In this document: piece by piece, positions 39,820 through 49,574 of the stretch
How positions within the stretch are numbered: the first letter of the stretch is position 1
Layout: every line of letters begins with the position of its first letter
DNA from: an uncultured Eubacteriales bacterium
GTDB taxonomy: Bacteria; Bacillota; Clostridia; Peptostreptococcales; JAAYPU01
Length of the DNA: 55,512 bases
Assembly (NCBI GenBank): GCA_964429195.1
Contig: CAYSBC010000004.1
Coordinates: forward strand, 1 to 55,512
Direction: 5' to 3'
Notes under the pieces: model-generated
Databases searched by the model: none
The model's input: the letters and a program-made list of their open reading frames with translations, nothing else
What the model was told of the DNA's origin: nothing
Position numbers and translations under genes: made by a program

Positions 39820-41088
39820 CTATTCCTTTAACAATTTTGGGGTATCCTTGACGGATAGGATATAATCTATAAATTGTCTTGCCGTTCTACCCGATCTTCC
39901 ATGATATCTGATTTCCCATTTTAGCGCTTCCTCGAAAAGCTTTTCTTGATCCATTTTTATATTTTCTTTTTGAGCTAAGTCTTCTACAATGCGTAAGTAC
40001 AAATCCTTATTAGGAGACTGAAATGTTATGGTTATTCCAAATCGATCTGCTAAGGACAGCTTTTCTTGTACAGCGTCATTACGGTGTAAATCATCCATGC
40101 CTTCCGGTTGATCCTTCCAGCTTTCTTTTATAATATGTCTCCTGTTGGAGGTCGCATAGATGACAACATGCTCTGGTCTTACTTCTATTCCACCTTCTAA
40201 GATAGCTTTAAAGTACTTGTATTCTACCTCAAAATCTTCGAAAGATAAATCATCAATAAAAATGATAAACTTATAGCCTCTCTTGTTAATCTGATCCATA
40301 AGAGCCGGAAATTTTGAAAATTGTTCTTTTGTTAATTCAATTATTTTTAACTTTTTATGGCTATACTCATTGAGAACGGCTTTGACCAAAGAGGACTTTC
40401 CCGTACCCTTGTCACCATAAAGCAGAATATTATTGACCCTATGACCTCGAATAAGCTTTTCTGTATTTTCTAGAAGGGTATTCTTTTGAAGCTGATAGCC
40501 TATAAGATCCTGACACCTTATAGGATCTACATTGGAAATACCAATTAACCCCTTATCATCATCCCATTTAAAGGCAATGTACTCTCTAAAAATACCACAG
40601 CCCTTTTCCCTGTAGGCTTTCTCTAGCTCCTCTATAGCCTTGTCATCCACGATACCTTCTTTTCCAAAAATATTATTCATGATGATGGTATCTTCATCAT
40701 TATGAGGCTCCCTGCACAGGATTGAAGTTTCTGTATCACCCATTTCACAGGATAATCGATGCCAATCAACATTGTAAAGCTCTTTTAAAATACAAAGATC
40801 ATTTTTGACTAAATTCCGAAGGTCATCTGTATTGCCATCTATTTCACTTAATAAACTAAAGGTATTTTCATTCTTAAGAATAATATCCATAATATGCGAT
40901 TTCCAGCATATGTTGAACTTTTCCGGATACATTTTCAATAACAGGTATTGTATCCTAAAATAATTTTCTTCTATTTCGGCACTTTCTCGGTGCTTATTCA
41001 TTTTCCATAATTCATGAGCACTTTTAACAATTTCATCATGAAGAATATCCCGATAGAGTATCAACTTTTCTAATGAAGGCCTTTCCAT
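39820..41088 (-). CDS. DUF815-like AAA+ ATPase
   Basis: GDKGTGKSS, FIIFIDD, YATSNRRH, SGRTARQF. Confidence 0.88.
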   Translation of the reverse strand: MERPSLEKLILYRDILHDEIVKSAHELWKMNKHRESAEIEENYFRIQYLLLKMYPEKFNICWKSHIMDIILKNENTFSLLSEIDGNTDDLRNLVKNDLCILKELYNVDWHRLSCEMGDTETSILCREPHNDEDTIIMNNIFGKEGIVDDKAIEELEKAYREKGCGIFREYIAFKWDDDKGLIGISNVDPIRCQDLIGYQLQKNTLLENTEKLIRGHRVNNILLYGDKGTGKSSLVKAVLNEYSHKKLKIIELTKEQFSKFPALMDQINKRGYKFIIFIDDLSFEDFEVEYKYFKAILEGGIEVRPEHVVIYATSNRRHIIKESWKDQPEGMDDLHRNDAVQEKLSLADRFGITITFQSPNKDLYLRIVEDLAQKENIKMDQEKLFEEALKWEIRYHGRSGRTARQFIDYILSVKDTPKLLKE

Positions 41089-41172
41089 ATTTTAATCCTT
41101 TCCATTTTACAAAATTAAAAGAGCTGTAACAAAAAAACAGAAAAGATGTTACAGCCCCTTTTTCACAATCCT

Positions 41173-42414
41173 TTATTTATATACAGGATATTTGGTACAT
41201 ATTTCTTTGATAATAGCTTCTGTCTTAGACTTATAAGCTGTATCATCTTTATGATTAATCACATAATCGATGGCCTCAGCTATTTTTTCAAAATCCTCTT
41301 CTTTAAGCCCCCTTGTAGTCATAGCAGGGGTACCCAATCTTATGCCACTCGTAACAAATGGTCCCTTAGGGTCATTAGGTATGGTGTTTTTATTTGTTGT
41401 TATACCAACGTCATCAAGGTTTTTTTCTACTTCTTTTCCAGTTAAATTTTTCTTGGATAGGTCAATGAGCACAAGGTGATTATCTGTGCCACCTGAGACT
41501 AAATCGAAGCCTCTGTCTAGGAGAGCATCCGCTAATGCTTTTGCATTTTTTACAATCTGTTCTTGATATTTTTTGAATTCATCTGTCAATGCTTCTTTAA
41601 AGCAAACTGCTTTTCCTGCAATGACATGCATAAGGGGTCCGCCTTGTATGCCGGGGAAAATAGCCTTATCAATTTGTTGAGCAAATTCGCTCTTGCAAAG
41701 TATAGCCCCACCCCTTGGTCCTCTTAAAGTCTTATGGGTTGTTGTTGTGACAAAATGTGCATGTTCACATGGATTAGGATGTAACCCTGCAGCTACCAAT
41801 CCTGCAAAGTGGGCCATATCCACCATTAAGTAAGCTCCTACTTCGTCTGCTATTTCCCTGAATCTTTGGCTATCAATGATTCGAGGATAGGCACTGGCAC
41901 CGGCAACAATCAGCTTAGGCTTAAACTCTAAAGCTATTTTTCTTACTTCGTCATAATCAATCATTTGTGTTTTGGAGTTGACGCCATAAGGTACAAAATT
42001 ATAATATTTGCCTGACATATTGACCGGGCTTCCATGAGTTAAATGCCCACCATTGCTGAGGTCCATACCCATGACTGTGTCACCGGGTTTTAATACAGCG
42101 AAGTATACTCCAAAGTTAGCATTGGTTCCCGAATGGGGTTGCACATTGGCGTGCTCCGCATTGAATACCTTCTTTAATCTCTCTCTTGCCAATTCTTCGG
42201 CTATATCAACAAATTCGCATCCACCGTAATATCGTTTTCCTGGGTATCCTTCTGCATATTTGTTTGTCATGGAGCTTCCAACAGCTTCCATAACAGCACG
42301 GCTTGTAAAGTTTTCAGATGCTATCAGCTCTATTTTATTTTCTTGCCTATCCATCTCTTTGCGGATTGCATTTGCTATCTCGCTATCAACTTTATCTAAA
42401 TAGTTAAAATACAT
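41173..42414 (-). CDS. glyA: serine hydroxymethyltransferase
   Basis: [33 protein letters not shown]. Confidence 0.97.
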   Translation of the reverse strand: MYFNYLDKVDSEIANAIRKEMDRQENKIELIASENFTSRAVMEAVGSSMTNKYAEGYPGKRYYGGCEFVDIAEELARERLKKVFNAEHANVQPHSGTNANFGVYFAVLKPGDTVMGMDLSNGGHLTHGSPVNMSGKYYNFVPYGVNSKTQMIDYDEVRKIALEFKPKLIVAGASAYPRIIDSQRFREIADEVGAYLMVDMAHFAGLVAAGLHPNPCEHAHFVTTTTHKTLRGPRGGAILCKSEFAQQIDKAIFPGIQGGPLMHVIAGKAVCFKEALTDEFKKYQEQIVKNAKALADALLDRGFDLVSGGTDNHLVLIDLSKKNLTGKEVEKNLDDVGITTNKNTIPNDPKGPFVTSGIRLGTPAMTTRGLKEEDFEKIAEAIDYVINHKDDTAYKSKTEAIIKEICTKYPVYK

Positions 42415-42449
42415 CTTATTCATCCTTTCATCGTTAAGCTTCATGATTT

Positions 42450-42478
42450 ATTATAGTGTTAAAATTGTAGCATTTCAA
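42450..42478 (-). promoter_or_regulatory. sigma-A promoter of glyA
   Basis: TTGAAA-17-TATAAT. Confidence 0.75.
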
Positions 42479-42530
42479 CTGAAAAAGTTAAATAAGTTGT
42501 CTTTTATTCTTTTTATGTGGTGCTGCTAGC

Positions 42531-42777
42531 GGGGGTGGCGCGGGACTGCTTTATTTGCCATCACTGTTTGCTACATGATCCGCACCCCCAAATGTGCAAA
42601 ATATGGAGTTATGTGTGGATTATAAAGCGATTATACATAATATTCATATCATATAAGCATTATGTTGTATTTTTATGCATCATTTCCACACACAACTCCA
42701 TATTTTGCACACGGGACTGCATCAAATCTGAAAGAGGATGGATGATGGCAAACAAAGCGGTTCCAGTGCCACCTTTT
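42531..42777. repeat. nested inverted repeat (~34-bp outer arms, 27-bp inner arms, 65-bp AT-rich core)
   Basis: 42531-42563 pairs with 42743-42777; 42593-42619 pairs with 42685-42711 with one mismatch. Confidence 0.9.
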
Positions 42778-42849
42778 CATAACTAATTTAATATTCTTTC
42801 AAATAATGTGTTTTATTTCTTTATTTTGGGGTACATATATACTATAATA

Positions 42850-42900
42850 GCAGTAGAAAAATAGTAGAAATCTACAAATCGAAGATTTGTGATATCAGCG
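42850..42900. repeat. REP-like copy 4 (first hairpin, with local AGTAGAAA duplication)
   Basis: GCAGTAGAAAAATAGTAGAAATCTACAAATC-GAA-GATTTGTGATATC. Confidence 0.8.
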
Positions 42901-42933
42901 TAGATGTATATTTATCAGACTGGAGGAATAAGA

Positions 42934-43371
42934 GTGGAACAACAGGGTATAGTCATCGAGATAACGGATCCAACAAATGCCAAGGTTGTCATTGATAAGC
43001 ATGCTGCATGCGGAAACTGCGGAAAATGCCAAGAAGGTAAAAAAAACACTGTTATCATGTCTGCAAAAAATGACCTTGATGCAAAATGTGGGGATCTTGT
43101 AGAAGTTTCAATGCATACGCGACATGTTTTAACAGCTGCAGTCATCATGTACCTTTTCCCACTTATCTTACTCTTGATAGGTATATTTATAGGTAATAAG
43201 CTATTCCAAGGTTCAAACAAGGAAATACTATCCATCCTGCTAGGTTTTATTTTTTTAGCACTATCTTATTTTATGATAAGAACAAGAGAAAAGTCTTTTT
43301 CTAAAGATGAAGATTATGAACCTATTATAACTAAAATCATCAGTCATAATCATCAAATCGAAGATTTATGA
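42934..43371 (+). CDS. RseC/MucC (SoxR-reducing system) family protein
   Basis: ACGNCGKC, A.CGDLVEV, two C-terminal TMs; RBS GGAGGA + GTG. Confidence 0.85.
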   Translation: MEQQGIVIEITDPTNAKVVIDKHAACGNCGKCQEGKKNTVIMSAKNDLDAKCGDLVEVSMHTRHVLTAAVIMYLFPLILLLIGIFIGNKLFQGSNKEILSILLGFIFLALSYFMIRTREKSFSKDEDYEPIITKIISHNHQIEDL

Positions 43372-43385
43372 GAAGATTTGATATC
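43348..43385. repeat. degenerate REP-like copy 5 overlapping the rseC stop
   Basis: AATCATCAAATCGAAGATTTATGAGAAGATTTGATATC versus copy 4 AATCTACAAATCGAAGATTTGTGATATC. Confidence 0.55.
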
Positions 43386-43412
43386 TTAACACTTAATAAC
43401 AAGGAGGAATTA

Positions 43413-43742
43413 ATGATGTCCAATAAAATTACTTATCTAACAGATGAAACTTTCGAGAAGGAAGCCGCTCAATCAGACCAATTAGTGGTCATCGATTTTT
43501 ATGCAGACTGGTGTGGACCATGTCAAATGGTAGGTCCTGTTATGGAATCCTTAGCAGATAAATTCGATGGTAAGGCTAAAATATGTAAGGTCAATGTGGA
43601 TGAGCAAAAAAAATTAGCTATCTCTCATAGAGTCATGAGTATCCCAACCGTTATCTTTATGAAAAATGGTGAGGTTGTTGACCGAGTTGTAGGCGCTCTT
43701 CCAGAGAATGCCTTTGAAGAAAAAATTTCAAGCTTACTCTAG
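43413..43742 (+). CDS. trxA: thioredoxin
   Basis: WCGPC; RBS AAGGAGG. Confidence 0.95.
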   Translation: MMSNKITYLTDETFEKEAAQSDQLVVIDFYADWCGPCQMVGPVMESLADKFDGKAKICKVNVDEQKKLAISHRVMSIPTVIFMKNGEVVDRVVGALPENAFEEKISSLL

Positions 43743-43859
43743 AAAATATTATGAATCACTGGTAAATCCTTATTTTCTTGAATACTTTAAACTTAGCTGG
43801 TATTATAACAATACCAGCTAAATTAAGTTATTTGTATAAATTATCCTGGGGAGGATTTT

Positions 43860-45317
43860 ATGTTTAATAACATATTTGAATTAACAACATCAACCTTAGC
43901 CCTTTTATTTGTCATCAACTTCGGTATATCCCTGGTTATTATTTTTTTGGACAAAAAAGACCCATCCTCAACCTTAGCATGGATTATGGTGTTGTTTTTG
44001 CTACCTTTTTTAGGCATTGTATTGTACATCATATTTTCTCAAAATTTATCAAAAAAAAGGATTTTCCGTTATACGGCTTTGGAAAAAAGAGTCATGGAAT
44101 CCTCTTTAAAAATACAAATTGATCAAATGCAAACAGGTGAATTTCATTTCAAGGATAAAGAAACTGAACCCTATAAGGACATGATCTATATGCATCAAGT
44201 CCAAAGCAACGCTATTTATACCGATGATAATACAGTGGATGTCTTTACTAATGGTCATGAAAAATTCAGTATGCTTTTAGAAGATATTAAAAATGCCAAA
44301 GCACATATCCATTTCATGTATTTCATTCTTCAAAGAGATCGCTTGGGGCTTAATATTATTGATGCCCTTACGCAAAAAGCCGAGGAAGGCTTGGAAGTTC
44401 GTCTTCTGCTAGATGCGATGGGCAGTAGAAATATTAGTCGTGCCGTTTTGAAAAAATATATTCAGGCAGGAGGAAAAATCTCCTACTTTTTCCCTTCAAG
44501 AATCAAGTTTTTAAATCTCAAGGTCAATTATCGTAACCATAGGAAAATAGTGATTATCGATGGAAAAATAGGTTATATCGGTGGCTTCAATGTAGGTGAA
44601 GAATATTTAGGCAGAAAACGACTTGGATTTTGGCGAGATACCCATATAAAAATTCAGGGAAGTGCGGTCCATGACCTTCAAACACGGTTCATCTTAGACT
44701 GGCGAAGTGCTTCTAAAGAAGATCTCAATATCCTATTGGGCTACTACGAAGAGCCCACTACTTTTGGCGATTGTGGCATTCAAATTATTTCCTCCGGCCC
44801 TGATTCCCAGCAGCAGCAAATAAAGTTTGGTTATTTGAATATGATTATTTCAGCCAAAAAGAATATCTATATTCAAACACCTTATTTTGTTCCTGACCAA
44901 AGTATACAAGAATCCTTAAAGGTTGCTGCCATGTCCGGTGTCGATGTTCAAATCATGATTCCATGCAAACCAGATCATGTTTTCGTCTATTGGGCTACTT
45001 ACCATTACATAGGTGAACTAATCCAATACGGTGTCAAAGTCCATATCTATAACCCTGGATTCCTGCACGCAAAAATGATTTGTATCGATGGTATTGCTTC
45101 TTCGGTGGGGTCTGCAAATTTTGACCTCCGTAGCTTTGCTTTAAATTTTGAGAGCAATGCCTTTATCTATTCTTCTGCTACTACAAAAATCCTAGAGCGA
45201 ATTTTTTTAAATGATGTAGAGGATTGTACAGAATTAACCGAAGAAGGCTATAGAAATCGCTCCTCTTATATCAAATTTCTTGAATCCATATCCAGACTCG
45301 TATCCAATATCTTATAG
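43860..45317 (+). CDS. cls: cardiolipin synthase
   Basis: Two N-terminal TMs and two HKD motifs (HRKIVIID, HAKMICID). Confidence 0.93.
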   Translation: MFNNIFELTTSTLALLFVINFGISLVIIFLDKKDPSSTLAWIMVLFLLPFLGIVLYIIFSQNLSKKRIFRYTALEKRVMESSLKIQIDQMQTGEFHFKDKETEPYKDMIYMHQVQSNAIYTDDNTVDVFTNGHEKFSMLLEDIKNAKAHIHFMYFILQRDRLGLNIIDALTQKAEEGLEVRLLLDAMGSRNISRAVLKKYIQAGGKISYFFPSRIKFLNLKVNYRNHRKIVIIDGKIGYIGGFNVGEEYLGRKRLGFWRDTHIKIQGSAVHDLQTRFILDWRSASKEDLNILLGYYEEPTTFGDCGIQIISSGPDSQQQQIKFGYLNMIISAKKNIYIQTPYFVPDQSIQESLKVAAMSGVDVQIMIPCKPDHVFVYWATYHYIGELIQYGVKVHIYNPGFLHAKMICIDGIASSVGSANFDLRSFALNFESNAFIYSSATTKILERIFLNDVEDCTELTEEGYRNRSSYIKFLESISRLVSNIL

Positions 45318-45323
45318 AATTAG

Positions 45324-46355
45324 CTAATCCTCGCCCCATAAAAGATTTTCCGCTATCTCTTCTGTTTCATGGGTTTTTTGGCGCATCATTAAATTTAATA
45401 CAGCTTCCTCTGCTGTGACTTCATCTTTCAGTAGCTTATAAAGCTGCATCGTTATAGGCATTTCCACCTCATACTTTTGAGACAACTTAAATGCAGCCTC
45501 CGTGGCTATAACACCCTCTACTACCATCCCGATTTCCTTTATAGCCTCTTGACAAGGCAGGCCTTGGCCAATTAAGATGCCGCATCTTCTGTTACGACTA
45601 TGCATACTTGTACAGGTCACAATGAGGTCTCCTATACCTGTCAGACCGGAAAATGTCTTCTCATGAGCACCCATTTTTATCCCTAATCTAGCTATCTCAA
45701 CAATACCTCGTGTCATCAAGGCTGCCTTAGCATTATCTCCATAACCAAGGCCATCGCTGATTCCTGCTCCTAAGGCAATAATGTTTTTTAATGCGCCGCC
45801 TATTTCTACACCCAGGATATCCGGGTTTGTATAAACCCTGAGACGAGGTGACATGAATAATTCCTGAATTTGTTCAGCTGCTTGCTTGCTTCGAGATGCA
45901 GCTACAATCGTGGTCGGTAAACCCTTATTGACTTCTTCAGCGTGGGATGGCCCTGATAAAGCAATAAATTTATTCTGAGGCAATAGCTCGGCCATAATCT
46001 CTGAAGCCAGCTTGAGATTATCCTTTTCAAGCCCCTTGGAAGTATTGACAATGAGCACCTCTTGGGAAACATGGTCTTTAATCTTGTTCAGTATTTCCCT
46101 GGTAGCCTGTGAAACAACCGATAAAATAATAGTGCTACTACCCAAAGTAGCATCTAGAATATCTTCACATAGCTCAATATTTTTAGGCAAATAGGCACCC
46201 GGTAAATATTTTTTATTTTCTCTGGTCCTTTGAACTTCTCTTATATAGTCTTTATCCCTTCCCCAAAGCTTAACAGGGTATCCTTTATGAGCTAAAGACA
46301 TGGATAAAGCAGTTCCCCAGCTTCCCATACCTAATACACAAATATTTTCTTTCAT
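45324..46355 (-). CDS. gpsA: NAD(P)H-dependent glycerol-3-phosphate dehydrogenase
   Basis: GMGSWGTAL, SGPSHA, GGALKN, GDLIVTC. Confidence 0.95.
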   Translation of the reverse strand: MKENICVLGMGSWGTALSMSLAHKGYPVKLWGRDKDYIREVQRTRENKKYLPGAYLPKNIELCEDILDATLGSSTIILSVVSQATREILNKIKDHVSQEVLIVNTSKGLEKDNLKLASEIMAELLPQNKFIALSGPSHAEEVNKGLPTTIVAASRSKQAAEQIQELFMSPRLRVYTNPDILGVEIGGALKNIIALGAGISDGLGYGDNAKAALMTRGIVEIARLGIKMGAHEKTFSGLTGIGDLIVTCTSMHSRNRRCGILIGQGLPCQEAIKEIGMVVEGVIATEAAFKLSQKYEVEMPITMQLYKLLKDEVTAEEAVLNLMMRQKTHETEEIAENLLWGED

Positions 46356-46376
46356 TCCAATCCGTCCTATCTCTCT

Positions 46377-46961
46377 TTATTTATTAAAACTTATTTTCGA
46401 TTCATTACCTGATATGAGTTTTTTTATGTTGGACCTGTGGGTATAAATGGCAATGCAAGCCATAATAAGCATAGGTATTAAATAGGCATCATTATAAAAA
46501 TAAGTAACAACAGGCAATAAGATGGCTCCTATCAAAGAGCCTAAGGAAACATATCGAGTAAGAGCTATGACGACTACAGCTACTAGGAGGATAATGAGTG
46601 TAGGTCCGGGAAGCAATGCAAGCATAGCTCCAAGTCCTGTTGCTATACCCTTTCCTCCTCTAAACTTAAACATAACAGGCCAAATATGTCCAATGACAGC
46701 AAGGATACCGCAATACATAGCAACATCCTCGCCGCCAAAATAGCGGCCTAATAGAACAGCGATAACACCCTTTAATACATCCCCTATCAGTGTTCCTGCA
46801 GCTGCTTTTTTTCCAACTGTTCTAAGTACATTCGTCGTTCCCGCGTTACCGCTGCCATGTTCCCTTATGTCTATCCCTGCAACGACTCGGCATATTAATA
46901 TCGAAGAAGAAATGTTACCTATGAAGTAACTTAGTACATATAGAATAATTCTAGCGGTCAT
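46377..46961 (-). CDS. plsY: glycerol-3-phosphate acyltransferase
   Basis: GSGNAGTTN, D.LKG, GHIWP.FRGGKG, HRSNI. Confidence 0.93.
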   Translation of the reverse strand: MTARIILYVLSYFIGNISSSILICRVVAGIDIREHGSGNAGTTNVLRTVGKKAAAGTLIGDVLKGVIAVLLGRYFGGEDVAMYCGILAVIGHIWPVMFKFRGGKGIATGLGAMLALLPGPTLIILLVAVVVIALTRYVSLGSLIGAILLPVVTYFYNDAYLIPMLIMACIAIYTHRSNIKKLISGNESKISFNK

Positions 46962-48279
46962 AATTCTCTCCCTTTTCTCGATAAATAAACTTGATAGAAG
47001 TACCTTCAAAGCCAAAGCTTTCACGAATCCTATTTTCTAAATACCTCGAATATGAAAAATGTGTTAATTCTCGATCATTAATGAAAAAAGCAAAAAGAGG
47101 CGGTCTTATACCAACCTGTGAAGCATAATAGATCTTGAGCCTTCTCCCTTTATCGGAAGGCGGTTGCTTCATCATGGTGGCCTCCATGATTAAATCATTG
47201 AGCTGGCCGGTTGAAATACGCATCGAACATTGATTTGAAACATGCTTTATCATCGGAATGATTCTTTCCAAACGTTGCTTTGTTAGTGCGGATACGAATA
47301 AAATCGGCGCATAAAGCATATAGGACAGTTCATTTTTTATATTCTTAGAGTATTCATTTTGCGTATTGGTCTCTTTCTCTACCAAATCCCATTTATTGAC
47401 CACAATAATAATGCCTTTTCCTGCTTCGTGAGCAATCCCGGCTATTCTTTTATCCTGTTCCGTAACACCCTCTAAGGCATCGATGACCAAAAGACAAACA
47501 TCGGATCTTTCGATAGCAGCTATCGCTCTTAAGACACTGTATCTTTCGATGTTTTCATTGATTTTGCTTTGTCGCCTGATACCGGCTGTATCGATTAGGA
47601 CATATTGATCTTCACCATCAGTAAAAGGTGTGTCTATTGAATCCCTAGTAGTACCGGCAATTTCACTGACAATGACCCTTTCTTCCCCCAAAATTGCATT
47701 AATAATAGAAGACTTTCCTGCATTCGGTCTTCCAATAACTGCAATCTTTATAATTTCTTCATCCTCTTCTTCCATAGTGCCCTCTGGAAAGTTTTCTATA
47801 ATCATATCCAAAAGGTCCCCTAATCCTAGCATGTTGATAGAGGATATAGGTATAGGATCTCCTAATCCAAGCTCATAGAAATCATAAAAATTATCAGGCA
47901 GTCCACTGCCATCCACCTTATTGACGACAAGCAGAACTTTTTTGCCTGTCTTCATCAGTATGGAAGCTACATCCATGTCCGCAGAGGTTACACCACTTTT
48001 GGCATCTACCATAAAAACAATGACATGTGCTGTATCGATAGCTATCTGTGCTTGTTCTCTCATCTGAGATAGTATGATATCATCTGTATTTGTTTCTATC
48101 CCTCCTGTATCAATCAATATAAATTCGTTGCCGGACCATTCCACATCGGCATATATCCTATCCCTTGTGACTCCCGGAGTATCTTCTACTATAGATATTC
48201 TTTTCCCAGCCATTTTATTAAAAAAAGTAGACTTCCCTACATTCGGTCTACCTACAACGGCTACAATTGGTTTTCCCAT
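46951..48279 (-). CDS. der: ribosome biogenesis GTPase Der
   Basis: Two G domains (GRPNVGKS, GRPNAGKS) and a KH-like C-terminus. Confidence 0.97.
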   Translation of the reverse strand: MGKPIVAVVGRPNVGKSTFFNKMAGKRISIVEDTPGVTRDRIYADVEWSGNEFILIDTGGIETNTDDIILSQMREQAQIAIDTAHVIVFMVDAKSGVTSADMDVASILMKTGKKVLLVVNKVDGSGLPDNFYDFYELGLGDPIPISSINMLGLGDLLDMIIENFPEGTMEEEDEEIIKIAVIGRPNAGKSSIINAILGEERVIVSEIAGTTRDSIDTPFTDGEDQYVLIDTAGIRRQSKINENIERYSVLRAIAAIERSDVCLLVIDALEGVTEQDKRIAGIAHEAGKGIIIVVNKWDLVEKETNTQNEYSKNIKNELSYMLYAPILFVSALTKQRLERIIPMIKHVSNQCSMRISTGQLNDLIMEATMMKQPPSDKGRRLKIYYASQVGIRPPLFAFFINDRELTHFSYSRYLENRIRESFGFEGTSIKFIYREKGENYDR

Positions 48280-48338
48280 TCGTTCCTCACCTTTCCTTGC
48301 AGTGCAACATCTTCTATTTTCCTATGTTACCACCTTTT

Positions 48339-48533
48339 CTAATGTTTGACAATCACATAAATCCCACTTCCAAGATAATGAACCATGCCCATTGTAACCT
48401 TGGAGACAAGCAATGCCAACCTCTCCCCTTCTTCTTTATCCTGTACATAAAATATGGGTACAGAGGATGATTCAATACTCTCCTTATCGCTGGCGACAAT
48501 AGCCAGTATCATATCCTTTACACCTACATCCAT
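48339..48533 (-). CDS. small protein of the YIEGIA-associated 'capping complex subunit' type
   Basis: 64 aa, ILAIV..., coupled to the YIEGIA gene. Confidence 0.7.
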   Translation of the reverse strand: MDVGVKDMILAIVASDKESIESSSVPIFYVQDKEEGERLALLVSKVTMGMVHYLGSGIYVIVKH

Positions 48534-49450
48534 TATATCTCATCTCCTTTTCGATTGGATATCAATGTTTTTCTTTTCGCACTTTCAAGGACCGGTGTAT
48601 TATTGATGACGTCCACAAGTAAATTCACATCTTCATACATGGGTATCAAAGCCATCACCACATTACCATTATCGGGGTTTCTTCTGGCTACCGGTGTGAA
48701 ATCCGGCTCATCTACATCTTTTCTAATGCCTAATTGTACGGAAGCATTATGCTGTATAGCCTGCCTTTGTCCCGTGTTGCCAAGGGTTGCACTTGCATCT
48801 TCATTTTTAGGAATAATCTCTATAGCAATTCCTTTATCCAGAAAAATTCTTCTTGAGTTTTCTAATCCAATGTTCATAATAACGACCCCATTGACTGTTA
48901 ATAAAGGTCCTTCAAATTCAATTTTTGCAGGAATGACATCCGCTATTTCATGAATCAAGGTCCTTCTTAGGGCCAACTTCATGATAATAATGACGATGTA
49001 CCCAACGATTACTGCTACCACGCCTTGTACAAAAATAGAACTGTCGAATCCCCTTGCCACATAAGCGGCAATGCTTGAGAATAAAGCTGTCAAGATGACC
49101 ATATAATTTCTGGCTTCAAAAGCTTTGGCAATATCCTCAATATAGGCTGTCCCGCGAGGTACCAATTCTGTCAATTCAATATTATCCAAGCTTTGCCTTT
49201 CTAGATTTCTTACATCTCTGAATTGTTGAGCTGCCAATGCTAAAAATGTGACAGCACTGAATTCTTTTTCCCATAGAGCGGGTAAAGCTACCGCGCCTAA
49301 GAAAGATGCGATTAACCCTAAAGTGAGATGGGATACAATGCCTTGGGGGTGGGTCGGGTATTGTCTCGTATCGACTCTCATCATATAAATTCTTGCGAGC
49401 ATTCCCATCAGTAATGAGATCACTATAGTAACTCCTATTTCTTTTTCCAT
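48533..49450 (-). CDS. YIEGIA family membrane protein
   Basis: QFRDVRNLERQSL..RGTAYIEDIAKAFEARNY. Confidence 0.88.
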   Translation of the reverse strand: MEKEIGVTIVISLLMGMLARIYMMRVDTRQYPTHPQGIVSHLTLGLIASFLGAVALPALWEKEFSAVTFLALAAQQFRDVRNLERQSLDNIELTELVPRGTAYIEDIAKAFEARNYMVILTALFSSIAAYVARGFDSSIFVQGVVAVIVGYIVIIIMKLALRRTLIHEIADVIPAKIEFEGPLLTVNGVVIMNIGLENSRRIFLDKGIAIEIIPKNEDASATLGNTGQRQAIQHNASVQLGIRKDVDEPDFTPVARRNPDNGNVVMALIPMYEDVNLLVDVINNTPVLESAKRKTLISNRKGDEI

Positions 49451-49497
49451 GAATGATTTCTCCTGTCCCTTGTTAATTTTACGTCTCAATCATTCAT

Positions 49498-49527
49498 TAT
49501 TTTTCCCAAATATCCTATGAATCATTC
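49498..49527 (-). promoter_or_regulatory. possible forespore sigma-F/G promoter
   Basis: GAATG-15-GGGAAAAATA. Confidence 0.4.
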
Positions 49528-49574
49528 CCAATAAAAAAAGACTGCGCATCGCAACAGCCTTTTTATCCATAAGT

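Noticed and set aside
42415-42530. ZTP or glycine riboswitch upstream of glyA
   Set aside because: A consensus promoter lies about 35 bp from the start codon, leaving no room for an aptamer
42531-42777. Firm call as 6S RNA, tmRNA, SRP RNA, tRNA-Sec or retron msr-msd
   Set aside because: It lacks the diagnostic sequence motifs I could recall for these RNAs, has no T-loop/CCA end, and no reverse transcriptase is nearby; kept only as an unassigned structure
42517-42786. 89-aa plus-strand ORF
   Set aside because: No RBS and it runs through the inverted repeat; only its last 13-14 codons have an RBS
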